Of a stretch of DNA of 45,990 nucleotides, positions 36,427-45,990 are shown in pieces (position 1 is the first letter of the stretch; each line of letters opens with the position of its first letter). Source of the stretch: Candidatus Aenigmatarchaeota archaeon (lineage in GTDB: Archaea; Aenigmatarchaeota; Aenigmatarchaeia; Aenigmatarchaeales; Aenigmatarchaeaceae); assembly GCA_016933455.1 (NCBI GenBank), contig JAFGAZ010000009.1, forward strand, positions 1 to 45,990, given 5' to 3'. Below the pieces are notes generated by a model. The model had not been told where the DNA came from and ran no database searches. It was given only the letters and a program-made list of their open reading frames with translations. Both the position numbers and the translations under genes were made by a program.

Positions 36427-37386
36427 TCACAATATCGTAAGTATGACTATTAGCGAAAAGAAGCCTGTAACAGACATTATTATGCTATGCTTTACGCCGG
36501 CTGAAACCGAGCCTTCTCCTATCTGACCTGCCACAAGTCCTGAGAATATTCCCTGCACAACTGCCATCAAGACAAACAATGCGTTGTAGTAGCAAGAGCC
36601 TCCTTGCTCGAATCCTACCATGCTGCAAAGGCCAGAAAATATCGGACAGTTTATGCACTGGATATCGTTTAGGCCCTCGCATTGCTTGCATGGGTCCTCG
36701 AAAGCGAATATCCCTCCTATTCCCCCGGCTGACTGGCTTTCTGTTCCTATGTTTAGAAGAGGTATTAGTGTTTGGGACAAACCAATGACTATGCCTATGA
36801 ATATGAAATATATCGCATACATGATGAACGTGTGCTGGGATGTTACTGACTGCCTTTCTTTTTCAGCCTCCTTTATGGCCGTTATGTCAGAGGCAGTTGA
36901 TTCCATTGTCCTGCCGATGTCGCCTCCTGAAACGTAAGTTTCGTTTATTATGCTAACAACTCTTGTTGTAAGCTTTGACTTTTTCATTCTTTCCGCAAAG
37001 TTGGCAAAAACGTCCTGTACCCTTATGCCCCAGGAGAGCTGGTTGTATACTTTCTTTATTTCCGGGGACAGCTTGCCATAGTCCACCTTGGAGGCTTGTC
37101 TTAGGGATTCGTGAAGCGTCAGGCCCACCTTTTGCGATTCTGCAAGATCCAAAAGGAAAATTGGCAGCTGGTCCTCGATTGCCCTGATCTTGGCGTACTC
37201 GAAATAAGAAATCAAGGCAAATGGGGCAATGCCGACTATCACTCCGAGCACAACAAGATTTAGCATGGCTGCGCTGAACTGGTAGAGCGCAAGGCCCAAT
37301 GTTATTAGTATTGCTGCGGCTACCAAAGGCAAATTCTTTGGCTTTGTTATTTCCTCTAGTATTTTGTTTTTCTTTTGCTTTTTCAT
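36427..37386 (-). CDS. Type IV pilus membrane platform protein (TadC/T2SSF)
   Basis: IEDQLPIFLLDLAE, DYGKLSPEI..QLSWG, QGIFSGLVAG...GVKH. Confidence 0.9.
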   Translation of the reverse strand: MKKQKKNKILEEITKPKNLPLVAAAILITLGLALYQFSAAMLNLVVLGVIVGIAPFALISYFEYAKIRAIEDQLPIFLLDLAESQKVGLTLHESLRQASKVDYGKLSPEIKKVYNQLSWGIRVQDVFANFAERMKKSKLTTRVVSIINETYVSGGDIGRTMESTASDITAIKEAEKERQSVTSQHTFIMYAIYFIFIGIVIGLSQTLIPLLNIGTESQSAGGIGGIFAFEDPCKQCEGLNDIQCINCPIFSGLCSMVGFEQGGSCYYNALFVLMAVVQGIFSGLVAGQIGEGSVSAGVKHSIIMSVTGFFSLIVILTIL

Positions 37387-37390
37387 CAAA

Positions 37391-38269
37391 TCACGCTGAA
37401 GGGGATATTGTCTTGACTAGTAAAATGAAGCCCACTGACACAAACGGCAGTATCAAAAATATTACTGCGAACTGCAAAAACATCATGGAAAGGCTCGATG
37501 TGCCTCCTATTATGGACATAAGCGCTGTCATTATTATGAAAAATATCGAGCCTATCAAAACAACTGTCAGATAAACCTCGATTAGCATAGAAAGCGTTCT
37601 CGAGTATTTCTCAAGACTTCTTCTGTACTCTGCTATGAAAAGCCTTGACTTTTCATGAAGATAGTTTCCCACGTTGCCCCCGCTTGAGAGCATTGTCTCA
37701 AGACCCCACAAGAGTTCCTTTAGTTCCTCTGACGGCGTTCTGCTTGCGGTTTTTCTTATGGCCTCGACAAGCTCCATGCCGAATGCCTCGACATCGCGGT
37801 ATATCTTGCCCATCTCTTGTGATATTTCTCCATAGTCCTTGAACTCAGACATTACCTTAAACATTGTTATAGGGGGTGCGCCCGATGTTGCTATTGTTGC
37901 CATGTAGGTTGTTGCAAACGACAAAGAAGAGTCAATGTTCTTCTTTCTTCTTCCTGCGGCCATGCTAGGGTATGTGTAGAACAAAAAGAACTGCACTATC
38001 AGTATGACGACAGTCATTGTGAAAGAAAGCAAAAAAGCATTGATGGCATCATGCAAAAGCAGAGATGTTATTATGACTATCGACGGAAACTCTATGATAA
38101 AGGTTCCAAGTATTACCAGAAACATTATGTAGACGTATTCCTGAAGGCTAAGCCCGATGTTTGCCCTTATCAAATCTGGCTTTATGCTATCGAAATAATT
38201 GATAAAAGGCTCAAGGCTCCTTCCAAAGAACTTGAAGGAAAGCTGCTTGAGCTGTTGCCATATGTCCAT
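37391..38269 (-). CDS. Type IV pilus membrane platform protein (TadB/T2SSF)
   Basis: RRKKNIDSSLSFATTYM..IATSG, YGEISQE, RTPSEELKELL. Confidence 0.9.
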   Translation of the reverse strand: MDIWQQLKQLSFKFFGRSLEPFINYFDSIKPDLIRANIGLSLQEYVYIMFLVILGTFIIEFPSIVIITSLLLHDAINAFLLSFTMTVVILIVQFFLFYTYPSMAAGRRKKNIDSSLSFATTYMATIATSGAPPITMFKVMSEFKDYGEISQEMGKIYRDVEAFGMELVEAIRKTASRTPSEELKELLWGLETMLSSGGNVGNYLHEKSRLFIAEYRRSLEKYSRTLSMLIEVYLTVVLIGSIFFIIMTALMSIIGGTSSLSMMFLQFAVIFLILPFVSVGFILLVKTISPSA

Positions 38270-38273
38270 CTTA

Positions 38274-40019
38274 TCATCTAATCTCGTCTAATAGATCCTG
38301 TTCCCTTGTATAGTAGAGTTTTATTATTTTTGCTACATCGATGTAATCGCTTATCTTGTTGTCGACCATCCATTTCATGACCCTTGTCCTGTTTTCTATC
38401 TGCTTGTCGATTGCGCTTTGCTTTATGCCAAACTGCATGCTTATCTTTTCCAAAACATTTGACTTGTTGACCTGCTTGTAGCCGTCGTTTACAGGGTCCC
38501 ACTTGAAGACCTCGTTTACAATTGGTATGTTCTTGTCTCGGTCAAATCCCAAAACTTCATATATGCTCTTTATTCTTCTTATGTAGCTTTGGCCGTATTT
38601 CATTCTCACAACAAAAACCACAATGTCTAGTGTTTCAATCAAGGATGCAGGCAGTTCTATTGGGGGAGTTGTTAGCCTGTCTATTAGCCTTTCCATAGAA
38701 TCGGCGTGTATTGTTGACATGCTCGGGTGTCCTGTTGCTATTTGCTGGAACAATACGTAGGCTTCCTTTCCTCTGACTTCTCCTACTATAAGATAATCGG
38801 GTCTTTGTCTTAGCGATTCCCTGAGCAAATCAAACAAGTCGACTTCTCCAATCTTTTTGCCTTCTACCTCGGTTATTGCGGTTCTTGCAACGCCCGGCAC
38901 CCAGTGGGGGTGTGGCAAAACAAGCTCAGCAGTGTCCTCTATTGAGACTATCTTAAGTTCAGGCCTTATGAAGAGCGACATGGCATTAAGTATTGTGGTC
39001 TTGCCTGTTGCAACGCCCCCGCTCACTAGAACCGACCTGCCGTGCTCAACCGCAAGCCAAAGATACGCTGCTATCTTCGGATCCATTGACTTGAAATTTA
39101 TGAGATTAACAGGCGTTAGCGGCTTTTTGGTGAACTTTCTTATGGTAAAGTTGCTTCCCTTTCTTGCAATGTCTGTTCCAAGCGTTGCCTGGACTCTTGA
39201 ACCGTCCGGCAGGCTGCCGCCTATCAGAGGATTTGCTATTGATATGTTCTTGCCGCATCTTTGCGCTACCTTGCTTACAAATGTGTCTAGTTCCTCTTTG
39301 TCGTCAAACACAACATTGGTTCTTATGCTTCCAATTATAGGATTCCTGTGGAACACGTAAAGTGGGATTCCAACACCGTCGCACGATATGTCCTCTATGT
39401 TGGGGTCTTGCATTAGAGCCTCTATCTTGTCTAGCCCCACAAAGTCTCGCTGTATGTAGTAGAAAATATCCTTCCTTTTGCTTGGAGGCAATTCTGCTGC
39501 CATCAGCTCTATTGTGTCCTCGAACTTTTTGAGCAAAAAACCCTTTGCCTCCCCCTTTCTTAGCGAGGTAAAATCCACATCGAGTTTTTCTATCAAATTA
39601 AGCTTTATGTTGTTTAGGAGTTTCTTTTCCTCGTCAGAAAGAATAGGCTCTTGCAGATAATAGACAAGACCGGTTTCTCTTCTGCTCCACTTTATGTTGG
39701 CGCTAGCAAAGGGAGTCCTGTCGCTTGAGGGTATTAGAGTATATACTATGTTTATGCCTTTGATGTCAATCTCAGGTTCTCTTACATTCACGGTTGTTCT
39801 TTCAAGTATTGATGAGCTTTTTTCATCTTCCTCTAATTTTTTAGCTTCAAGTTTCTCAACGTTTATTGCTGGTGCTTGCATAGGATATGGTATATAGTCT
39901 TTTGGCATGCCATAGCGCTCTTTCTTTTTCTGGTTTTCCAGCTCCTTGTAGCCTATGACAGCTTTTGAGAAAACTTTGTAGAGGTTTATCCTTTTTGGTG
40001 AACTGTGAAGCCTTATCAT
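38274..40019 (-). CDS. Type II/IV secretion (pilus assembly) ATPase
   Basis: DPNIEDISCDG, LPDGSRVQ, FTIRKF, GGVATGKTT, SIEDTAEL, LRQRPDYLIVGEVRG, TGH...TIHA. Confidence 0.95.
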   Translation of the reverse strand: MIRLHSSPKRINLYKVFSKAVIGYKELENQKKKERYGMPKDYIPYPMQAPAINVEKLEAKKLEEDEKSSSILERTTVNVREPEIDIKGINIVYTLIPSSDRTPFASANIKWSRRETGLVYYLQEPILSDEEKKLLNNIKLNLIEKLDVDFTSLRKGEAKGFLLKKFEDTIELMAAELPPSKRKDIFYYIQRDFVGLDKIEALMQDPNIEDISCDGVGIPLYVFHRNPIIGSIRTNVVFDDKEELDTFVSKVAQRCGKNISIANPLIGGSLPDGSRVQATLGTDIARKGSNFTIRKFTKKPLTPVNLINFKSMDPKIAAYLWLAVEHGRSVLVSGGVATGKTTILNAMSLFIRPELKIVSIEDTAELVLPHPHWVPGVARTAITEVEGKKIGEVDLFDLLRESLRQRPDYLIVGEVRGKEAYVLFQQIATGHPSMSTIHADSMERLIDRLTTPPIELPASLIETLDIVVFVVRMKYGQSYIRRIKSIYEVLGFDRDKNIPIVNEVFKWDPVNDGYKQVNKSNVLEKISMQFGIKQSAIDKQIENRTRVMKWMVDNKISDYIDVAKIIKLYYTREQDLLDEIR

Positions 40020-40438
40020 TCTAAATCAATCTCCCCGTTTTCAGCAGTAACTTTGATGCTTCCGCTGCTGCTGTATATTATATTGTTTTTTATTTCAATA
40101 TTAAAGTTGTATGAAGTCAGTGCAACGCCAATGTCGCTGCCTTCTATGCAGTCAAGCCTCAAAAAATTGTTCAAAATAGTGACAGTGTATATGCAGTTGG
40201 ATAGCTTTTCGGGTATATCCAAGTCGTAGCTTATTTTAGTGTTGGTATTTTCAGAAGTCTCATAAAGCCTTATTGCTGTCCCTAATATCATATGACCCGT
40301 CATTTCAAGCTGGTACTGTGTTGTGTGATCTTCGTATTGCACAATCATGTCCGAAAATATGTAGTATACCGAAACAATCAGGACAAGGCCGATGACAAAG
40401 AACATTACGTATTCTAGTGTCAGATACTGGCCCTTCAT
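40016..40438 (-). CDS. Minor pilin-like protein (class III signal)
   Basis: MKG|QYLTLEYVMFFVIGLVLI. Confidence 0.8.
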   Translation of the reverse strand: MKGQYLTLEYVMFFVIGLVLIVSVYYIFSDMIVQYEDHTTQYQLEMTGHMILGTAIRLYETSENTNTKISYDLDIPEKLSNCIYTVTILNNFLRLDCIEGSDIGVALTSYNFNIEIKNNIIYSSSGSIKVTAENGEIDLE

Positions 40439-40447
40439 AAGAGATAA

Positions 40448-40954
40448 TTACATGAAAGTTACTTTTATTTGAATCTTCTTTGTTGTAGCTTCTGTTATTG
40501 TTTCGCCTTTTTCAATTCTTATGTAGCTTGGTGTGTCAAGGCTTGAGCCTTCTGTAAAGAAGAATATGTTGTACTCTGCTTGAGGGGGGTATATTATTTG
40601 CAAAATAAGCTCGCTTCCTTCTTTTCTCTCCCTTATGTAAGAGCTGCCTTCTGATATGTTAACCCAGTTTTCCTGTATTTCTATCGAAAGGGGCGTTCTT
40701 ATTTCCAAGACGTTTGTCTCCTTTATTTCGGCTGTTCCCTGCACAGAGAACTCTATCTCCTTTTTCCCCCCGAATTTTATTACATTCGAAATGCCATCGT
40801 CGATATCCTTTGCCAACTTTTCAGCTGCTTCTAGCTTGGTAAAGTCCATGTTGTCCTCGAATATCTCCCTGCCCCAGATGGTGGCTGTTGAGAAAAGCGC
40901 TATGCCGATTAAAAACAGCAAAACAAAGACTATTGCTTCTGCCTGACCTTTCAT
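40448..40954 (-). CDS. Minor pilin-like protein (class III signal)
   Basis: MKG|QAEAIVFVLLFLIGIALF. Confidence 0.78.
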   Translation of the reverse strand: MKGQAEAIVFVLLFLIGIALFSTATIWGREIFEDNMDFTKLEAAEKLAKDIDDGISNVIKFGGKKEIEFSVQGTAEIKETNVLEIRTPLSIEIQENWVNISEGSSYIRERKEGSELILQIIYPPQAEYNIFFFTEGSSLDTPSYIRIEKGETITEATTKKIQIKVTFM

Positions 40955-40989
40955 TATAGATACATTCGCATTTCCGAATATATAGATTA

Positions 40990-41025
40990 AATAAAAAAGA
41001 AATTAGAAAAATTAAGAAAAAACAA
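40990..41025 (-). terminator. T-rich archaeal terminator after major pilin
   Basis: Three T5-T6 runs on the minus strand just after the stop. Confidence 0.5.
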
Positions 41026-41034
41026 TTCACGTTG

Positions 41035-41442
41035 CTACTCTAGAGTCTTTGATAAGCCTGCTCCTGATTCTATGACTACTCTGAGCGTCTGACCATCTGT
41101 ACATGCAGGACCCGTGAATGTTGCTGATTGTCCTGATGCAATTGATGCAACACCACCGGATACAGTTATTGTTCGAACAGTTCCGTCTACGAAAGCCTGA
41201 ACATTTGCTGTTGTCAGATTCGCTGTTCCCGTGTTCATTATTGTGAACTGGAGTGGTGTACAAGATGCAGATATTATTGAGAAACTCTTTGACATCTGGT
41301 CTGTAGAATGCTCAATGTTCTCTCCTGCACCTTCCATTAGGTCTGTAGCCATTGATGTGAACCAGGTGTAAGCCAATGCAGCCATAGCAACGACTATCAT
41401 TAAAATCAAAATAACTGCGATTACAGCGCTTACTCCCTTCAT
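41035..41442 (-). CDS. Probable major type IV pilin
   Basis: MKG|VSAVIAVILILMIVVAMAALAYTWF; SD GAGGTG; own TATA (~41505-41516); Cys pair. Confidence 0.9.
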   Translation of the reverse strand: MKGVSAVIAVILILMIVVAMAALAYTWFTSMATDLMEGAGENIEHSTDQMSKSFSIISASCTPLQFTIMNTGTANLTTANVQAFVDGTVRTITVSGGVASIASGQSATFTGPACTDGQTLRVVIESGAGLSKTLE

Positions 41443-41518
41443 TTTTTCACCTCATTTATTTTTTCAATATACTTCCTTATATAACTGAAATTCACATTCC
41501 CAGTATATAATTATAACG

Positions 41519-42016
41519 TTACTGCCTTGTTTCCCTTTTCATCCTAACGCTTGGGTAGGATGACAAAAGTTCTGAAACTGGCGTGCCCCTTTTCATCTTC
41601 CTGCCCATGACATCCAATTTGTCTATCATGGACTGGTTGGTTTCTAGTATCCTTTGGTTTTGCTCAACCATCTTCTTTAGCTCGTCTGTTACCGGTCTCA
41701 TAAGCTCAGGGCCAGGGGTCGTCATCTCCTCTTTGCCTGCAGCTTCTATAAGCGAGATAAAGTTCTTCATCAAGCTTGTCATTTCGTCTATCTTGCCAGG
41801 CATCTTGGCTAGTTCGTTCCTAAGTTCCACATTAGCCTGTATCACGTCGTTTACAATCTTCTGGTTGCTTCGAATAAGCTCTATTATCTGGTTTATCAAA
41901 GACTGCAATTGCGGAACAGCGCTGGAACTTTCAATTGCATCCAGTCTTTTCTCCATTCTCTTTAACGGAGTGACTGGTATTATTTCATACGCGTCATCAG
42001 AACGTTCGTCTGGCAT
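41519..42016 (-). CDS. Coiled-coil hypothetical protein
   Basis: YEIIPVTPLKRMEKRL followed by long heptad repeats. Confidence 0.75.
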   Translation of the reverse strand: MPDERSDDAYEIIPVTPLKRMEKRLDAIESSSAVPQLQSLINQIIELIRSNQKIVNDVIQANVELRNELAKMPGKIDEMTSLMKNFISLIEAAGKEEMTTPGPELMRPVTDELKKMVEQNQRILETNQSMIDKLDVMGRKMKRGTPVSELLSSYPSVRMKRETRQ

Positions 42017-42078
42017 AAAGATAGTTTTACGAAACCGATATATAAATGTTTAAGAAAAAAAGAAAGAAATTTGGGGGC

Positions 42079-43734
42079 TTAGAAGCCGCCCATTCCAGGA
42101 GGCATGCCCGGTGGCATACCTGCTGGCATTCCGCCCTTGTCTAGCTTGCCAGCGGAGATTATGTCGTCTATTCTTAGTATCATCTCTGCTGCCTCGGAAG
42201 CCGAGTTTATGGCCTGCGTCTTTATCTTCAAAGGCTCGATAACTCCCAGTTCCTTCATATCAACTATCTTTCCTGTGTAGACATTGACACCAGCAGTCTT
42301 TAGACCGCTGTCGTGTGCATTTCTTATCTCGACTAAAATGTCTATCGGGTCAAGGCCTGCGTTTTCAGCTAGGGTTCTTGGGATTATCTCCATGGCCTCT
42401 GCAAAGGAAAGTATTGCCAGCTGCTCTCTTCCAGAGAAGCTTTGTGCAAATTCCTTGAGACCCTTGGCAACCGCTTCTTCAGGAGAACCTCCCCCTGCAA
42501 CAACTTTGCCTATTTCCAAAGCGGAGATAACAGCTCCAACAGCGTCTTCAATGGCTCTGTCGACTTCGTCAACTACGTGCTCTGTGCTTCCTCTGACAAG
42601 TATTGAAACTGCTTTGGGGTTTTTGCACTCTCTGACAAACACCATCTGCTCACCTGCTATCTTTCTTTCCTCAACAAGGCCTGCGGACCCGAGGTCGTTT
42701 ACAGAAAGGTCGGATATGTTTGAAACAATCCTTGCCCCTGTTGCCTTTGACAGTTTCTCCATGTCGGATTTTTTCACCCTTCTTGCTGTCATAATGCCTT
42801 TCTTTGCAAGGAAATGCTGTGCAACATCGTCTATGCCCTTTTGGCAAAACAGCACGTTGCAGTCAGATGACACTATCTTTTCCACCATGTCTCTTAGTAT
42901 CTTCTCTTCCTGGTCAAGATATCCCTGCAACTGGTTTGGCGAAGTTATCTGTATTTGCGCATCGGTTTCAGTTTTCTCTATTTCCAAAGCCGCATCAAGC
43001 AAGGCGATTTTTGCATACTTTACTTTTTTTGGCATTCCTGGATGCACAACTTCCTTGTCGATTATAACGCCTTTTATGAGTTCAGTGTCTTCTGCAGAGC
43101 CTCCCTGCTTCTTTTCCCTTTTGATGCTTTCCTTGTCTATTTCCATCTTGCCGTCAACTTGCTCCATTACAGTTCTTATTGCGTCTACTGTTATTTTGGA
43201 TAGGTGCTCTGAAGCCCTTTCAGCGCTTTTTCCAGTCATTGAGGTTGTGGCTATCTTCTTTAGTATCTCAACATCGTCTGATGTCACTTTTTCAGATATG
43301 CTTTCTAGTATTTTCAAGGCCTTTTCCCTTGCCAGCTTGTAACCCTTTGTTATCACAGTAGGGTGGATGTTTTGCTCTAAAAGCTCCTCCGCCTTCTTTA
43401 GCAATTCGCCTGCAATAACTGCTGCTGTTGTTGTGCCGTCCCCCACTTCCTCGTTTTGGGTCTTGGCAACCTCAACTAACATCTTGGCTGCTGGATGCTC
43501 TAGCTGCATTTCCTCAAGAATTGTCACTCCATCGTTTGTTATCACAATGTCACCCATGTTGTCCACGAGCATTTTGTCCATGCCCTTTGGGCCTAGGGTT
43601 GTTCTTACTGCGTCTGCCACTGCTTTGGCAGCTGCTATGTTTGTGTACTGGGCTCCTTTGCCTAGAGTTCTTAGCGTTCCTTCAGGCAAAACCAGAATGG
43701 GCTGTCCGCCCCCTTGCATTTGATTGTTCATCAT
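42079..43734 (-). CDS. thsA: Thermosome (group II chaperonin) subunit
   Basis: [28 protein letters not shown]-rich tail; SD GAGGTG. Confidence 0.97.
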   Translation of the reverse strand: MMNNQMQGGGQPILVLPEGTLRTLGKGAQYTNIAAAKAVADAVRTTLGPKGMDKMLVDNMGDIVITNDGVTILEEMQLEHPAAKMLVEVAKTQNEEVGDGTTTAAVIAGELLKKAEELLEQNIHPTVITKGYKLAREKALKILESISEKVTSDDVEILKKIATTSMTGKSAERASEHLSKITVDAIRTVMEQVDGKMEIDKESIKREKKQGGSAEDTELIKGVIIDKEVVHPGMPKKVKYAKIALLDAALEIEKTETDAQIQITSPNQLQGYLDQEEKILRDMVEKIVSSDCNVLFCQKGIDDVAQHFLAKKGIMTARRVKKSDMEKLSKATGARIVSNISDLSVNDLGSAGLVEERKIAGEQMVFVRECKNPKAVSILVRGSTEHVVDEVDRAIEDAVGAVISALEIGKVVAGGGSPEEAVAKGLKEFAQSFSGREQLAILSFAEAMEIIPRTLAENAGLDPIDILVEIRNAHDSGLKTAGVNVYTGKIVDMKELGVIEPLKIKTQAINSASEAAEMILRIDDIISAGKLDKGGMPAGMPPGMPPGMGGF

Positions 43735-43833
43735 TTTTTTCACCTCGTATTTTATTCGATAAATATGTGTATGTAAGTATATCTCAAATCTATTTAAAAC
43801 TTTAATAAAAGAAGGAAAAAAAGAGTATGAATT

Positions 43834-44118
43834 CTAAAGCTTTTTCTTCATACTCTTTGCAATAACAAAAGCCACCAGCATGATCACTAGGAAGCTGACC
43901 AATGCGTCCAAAAAGTGGCCTATCTTGAATGTTGACAGGCCTATTGTCACTGCTGCTTCGGCGTCTAGACCAATATATGGCACATATAGGGGGCTTATTA
44001 TGTCTGCCACCAAAGCGTCTATTAGCGTTTTAGCTGCGAAACCGATTATCAAACCTAGTGCAACTGATACTATGTTTTGTTTTTTCACAAAATCCATGAA
44101 TTCTTTTAGTATTCCCAT
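43834..44118 (-). CDS. mscL: Large-conductance mechanosensitive channel (short)
   Basis: LKEFMDF..QNIVSVALGLIIG, LVADIISP, GHFLDALVSFLVI. Confidence 0.85.
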   Translation of the reverse strand: MGILKEFMDFVKKQNIVSVALGLIIGFAAKTLIDALVADIISPLYVPYIGLDAEAAVTIGLSTFKIGHFLDALVSFLVIMLVAFVIAKSMKKKL

Positions 44119-44155
44119 TAAATTACCTAAGAAATATTACGTCAAAAGCTCCATA

Positions 44156-44983
44156 TTAACGCTTTCTTTTCTGCATTTTTTTGGCGTGTATATAGCCCTT
44201 TCTCAAGAAAGAGGGTATTGTTGGTATTATATTCTCTTTTTCGAACTCTTTCTTGATTGCTTGCGTTAGCCTTGACTTGATGAATTCCTCGTTTTTAGGC
44301 TCGTTTATCCAGAAAAGGCATTCTATTTCCGTTGTCCATTCGTTGCTTCTCACAATGAACCTTATCTCCCTTTTTCTTTTCACATCAAAAACAACGTTCT
44401 TGTCGCTTCTTAGTACTTTTTCCATTACTTTCTTTGCCTTGTCTGTGTCAGAAGTATAGTCTATCATAAAAGTTATGGCGGATACAGATTCGCTGCTGCC
44501 TCCAGTGAGATTTATGACCTTTTCCTTTATTATCAAGGAATTGGGAATTATTATGTCGTTCTTGTCGTATGTTGTCAGCTTGGTCGACCTTAGGCTTATG
44601 TCGCTAACAACGCCTGTCGTGTCTCCTATCTTGATCACATCGTCTATCTTGTATATTTTTTCAGCTGTTATTATTATTCCTGAGACCCAGTTCGAGACAA
44701 TGTCTTGAAGGCCAAAGCCCAAAACTATTGCTCCAACACCAAGACCTGTTGCAATACCTGTGATATCAATGCTGAAAATCGAAAGTATAAGGAAAAAAGC
44801 TATTAGGTAAACTATTATTGACAACACCCTTTTCAGAGGTATTATGACGCTTCTTTTTTCACCCCTTTTTATCATTGGCTTTATTAGGTTTCTTTCAAAG
44901 AACTTTACTATAATGTATGCCGATACTATCACCAAAATCGATTGGAGAATATTTATCGGTGTTAGCATGTCGTAGATAGCCAT
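44156..44983 (-). CDS. mscS: Small-conductance mechanosensitive channel
   Basis: GVGAIVLGFGLQDIVSNWVSG, GVVSDISLRST, IIPNS. Confidence 0.92.
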   Translation of the reverse strand: MAIYDMLTPINILQSILVIVSAYIIVKFFERNLIKPMIKRGEKRSVIIPLKRVLSIIVYLIAFFLILSIFSIDITGIATGLGVGAIVLGFGLQDIVSNWVSGIIITAEKIYKIDDVIKIGDTTGVVSDISLRSTKLTTYDKNDIIIPNSLIIKEKVINLTGGSSESVSAITFMIDYTSDTDKAKKVMEKVLRSDKNVVFDVKRKREIRFIVRSNEWTTEIECLFWINEPKNEEFIKSRLTQAIKKEFEKENIIPTIPSFLRKGYIHAKKMQKRKR

Positions 44984-45022
44984 TAATAATCAGCCTGTTA
45001 TCTAAATTTGTTTTTGTAATTA

Positions 45023-45916
45023 TTAAATTGCCCTTTTGGCCTTTTTTATTAGGTCCTTTTTTTCCATTTGCTCTAGTTCCTTTTTTTGGACAACTGGTAT
45101 GCCGTGCAGCTCATCTTCATCTGTCTTGTTGGTTATGACAACTGCTGGCTTTTTCACCAGCCTGATAAAGTCGCTTAGATCCGCCGCATGCTTTACCATC
45201 TTTTTCTTGTCTATTTCTATGTTGGAAATTACAAGAGTTTTTTCCTTGGCAAAGACATTGAAAGGCGCCTGCTTTACAAAGTCTGTTTTGAAGCCTATCT
45301 TTTCCAGATTTCTGCCTATGCTTTTTTCGATATTGCTTGCAGGCTTTCCGTGACTGTCATAGCTTTTGAAAACATCTGTTTTGGTTATAATTTTTTTATC
45401 CAGTATTTGTTCTAGCCTTTCTGCGATATCTAGCATCATTCGAAGCTGCTTTTTCTCGTGCTCGTATATGGCCTTTTTGTTTATGCCAACAGCTTCCGCA
45501 AGCTCTCTTTGGCTCAAGCCCTTGTTTTTTCTAGAGTCCTTTAGAACGTCCGAGTCGATTTCCACATACAAGCCCCCACGGTCCCTGTAGACCCTTGGGT
45601 ATATTGAGTTGCAAATTAGGTCCTCGAAAGTTTCAATGGACATTGCAGGCAAATCATACCTTTCATACACTATGCCCTGCTTTAGCTTATCCCTTGTTGT
45701 GTGAGAAGCTATTAGCATCGGGTGCGCGTCCAGGTTGTTTGATATTATCTTTAGGTTTCTTGCCTGCTCTTGCTGGAAGGAGTCGACGTTAAGCAGCGTC
45801 TTGATTAAAAGCAGAACATTCTTTTGTGCAGCAATGTCAAAGCACCCGCGATACTCGCAAGTGGCATAGTCGCTTCTTTCCAGGAACAATTTGACCTCCT
45901 GCTTGACATTAAACAT
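45023..45916 (-). CDS. Conserved archaeal XRE-HTH transcriptional regulator (COG1395-like)
   Basis: CFDIAA..LLLIKTLLNVD, DRGGLYVEID, GLSQRELAEAVGINKKAIYEHE, APFNVFA. Confidence 0.85.
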   Translation of the reverse strand: MFNVKQEVKLFLERSDYATCEYRGCFDIAAQKNVLLLIKTLLNVDSFQQEQARNLKIISNNLDAHPMLIASHTTRDKLKQGIVYERYDLPAMSIETFEDLICNSIYPRVYRDRGGLYVEIDSDVLKDSRKNKGLSQRELAEAVGINKKAIYEHEKKQLRMMLDIAERLEQILDKKIITKTDVFKSYDSHGKPASNIEKSIGRNLEKIGFKTDFVKQAPFNVFAKEKTLVISNIEIDKKKMVKHAADLSDFIRLVKKPAVVITNKTDEDELHGIPVVQKKELEQMEKKDLIKKAKRAI

Positions 45917-45952
45917 ATTTTTAAATTGCTGAAGACAAAATAAATCCTTAAT

Positions 45953-45990
45953 GGGCGGGTAGCTTAGCCTGGCAGAGCGCCAGTCTTATA
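45953..45990 (+). tRNA. 5' half of a tRNA, apparent anticodon UAU (tRNA-Ile), cut by the window end
   Basis: GGGCGGG-TA-GCTT-AGCCTGGCA-GAGC-G-CCAGT-CT-TAT-A; TTTTTAAA TATA-like box ~30 nt upstream. Confidence 0.75.

Noticed and set aside
34843-41442. Archaellum operon
   Set aside because: No ArlH/F/G-like genes; two separate platform proteins and pilin-type N-termini indicate a pilus.
42085-42135. GC-rich short repeats at the thermosome 3' end
   Set aside because: Ordinary GGM/PPGM chaperonin tail.
42284-43342. 352-aa plus-strand ORF
   Set aside because: Antisense shadow of the thermosome gene.

Overview
Gene-dense archaeal chromosome segment, most consistent with a DPANN archaeon, possibly Aenigmarchaeota-like. 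That placement is an inference from gene content (Topo VI, thermosome, single-unit EndA, Spt5, archaeal aaRSs, GGTGA/GAGGTG SD motifs, short intergenic spaces). Most of the window is housekeeping: ftsZ-secE-spt5-rpl11, leuS, trpS-pheS-pheT, glyS, minD, cdc6, endA, top6AB, dim2, aIF-1A, nmd3, thermosome, mscL/mscS and three tRNA genes, plus a type IV pilus locus. The most unusual region is 1-6210. It holds a giant (>1527 aa, open at the window edge, absent from the ORF track) secreted repeat protein, coupled to a membrane-anchored wHTH protein. That gene lies head-to-head with a similar soluble coiled-coil wHTH gene, and a dense TCGACA array runs through both genes and their shared promoter. 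Other oddities: uL11 lacking its N-terminal domain, Cdc6 lacking the winged-helix domain, EndA lacking the canonical catalytic Lys, a probable tRNA-Ile(UAU), a DGR-target-like CLec/FGE protein without an RT, and two small ORFs missing from the track (a 33-aa Lys-rich peptide and a Zn-ribbon peptide). All family calls come from motif recognition by eye, not database searches.
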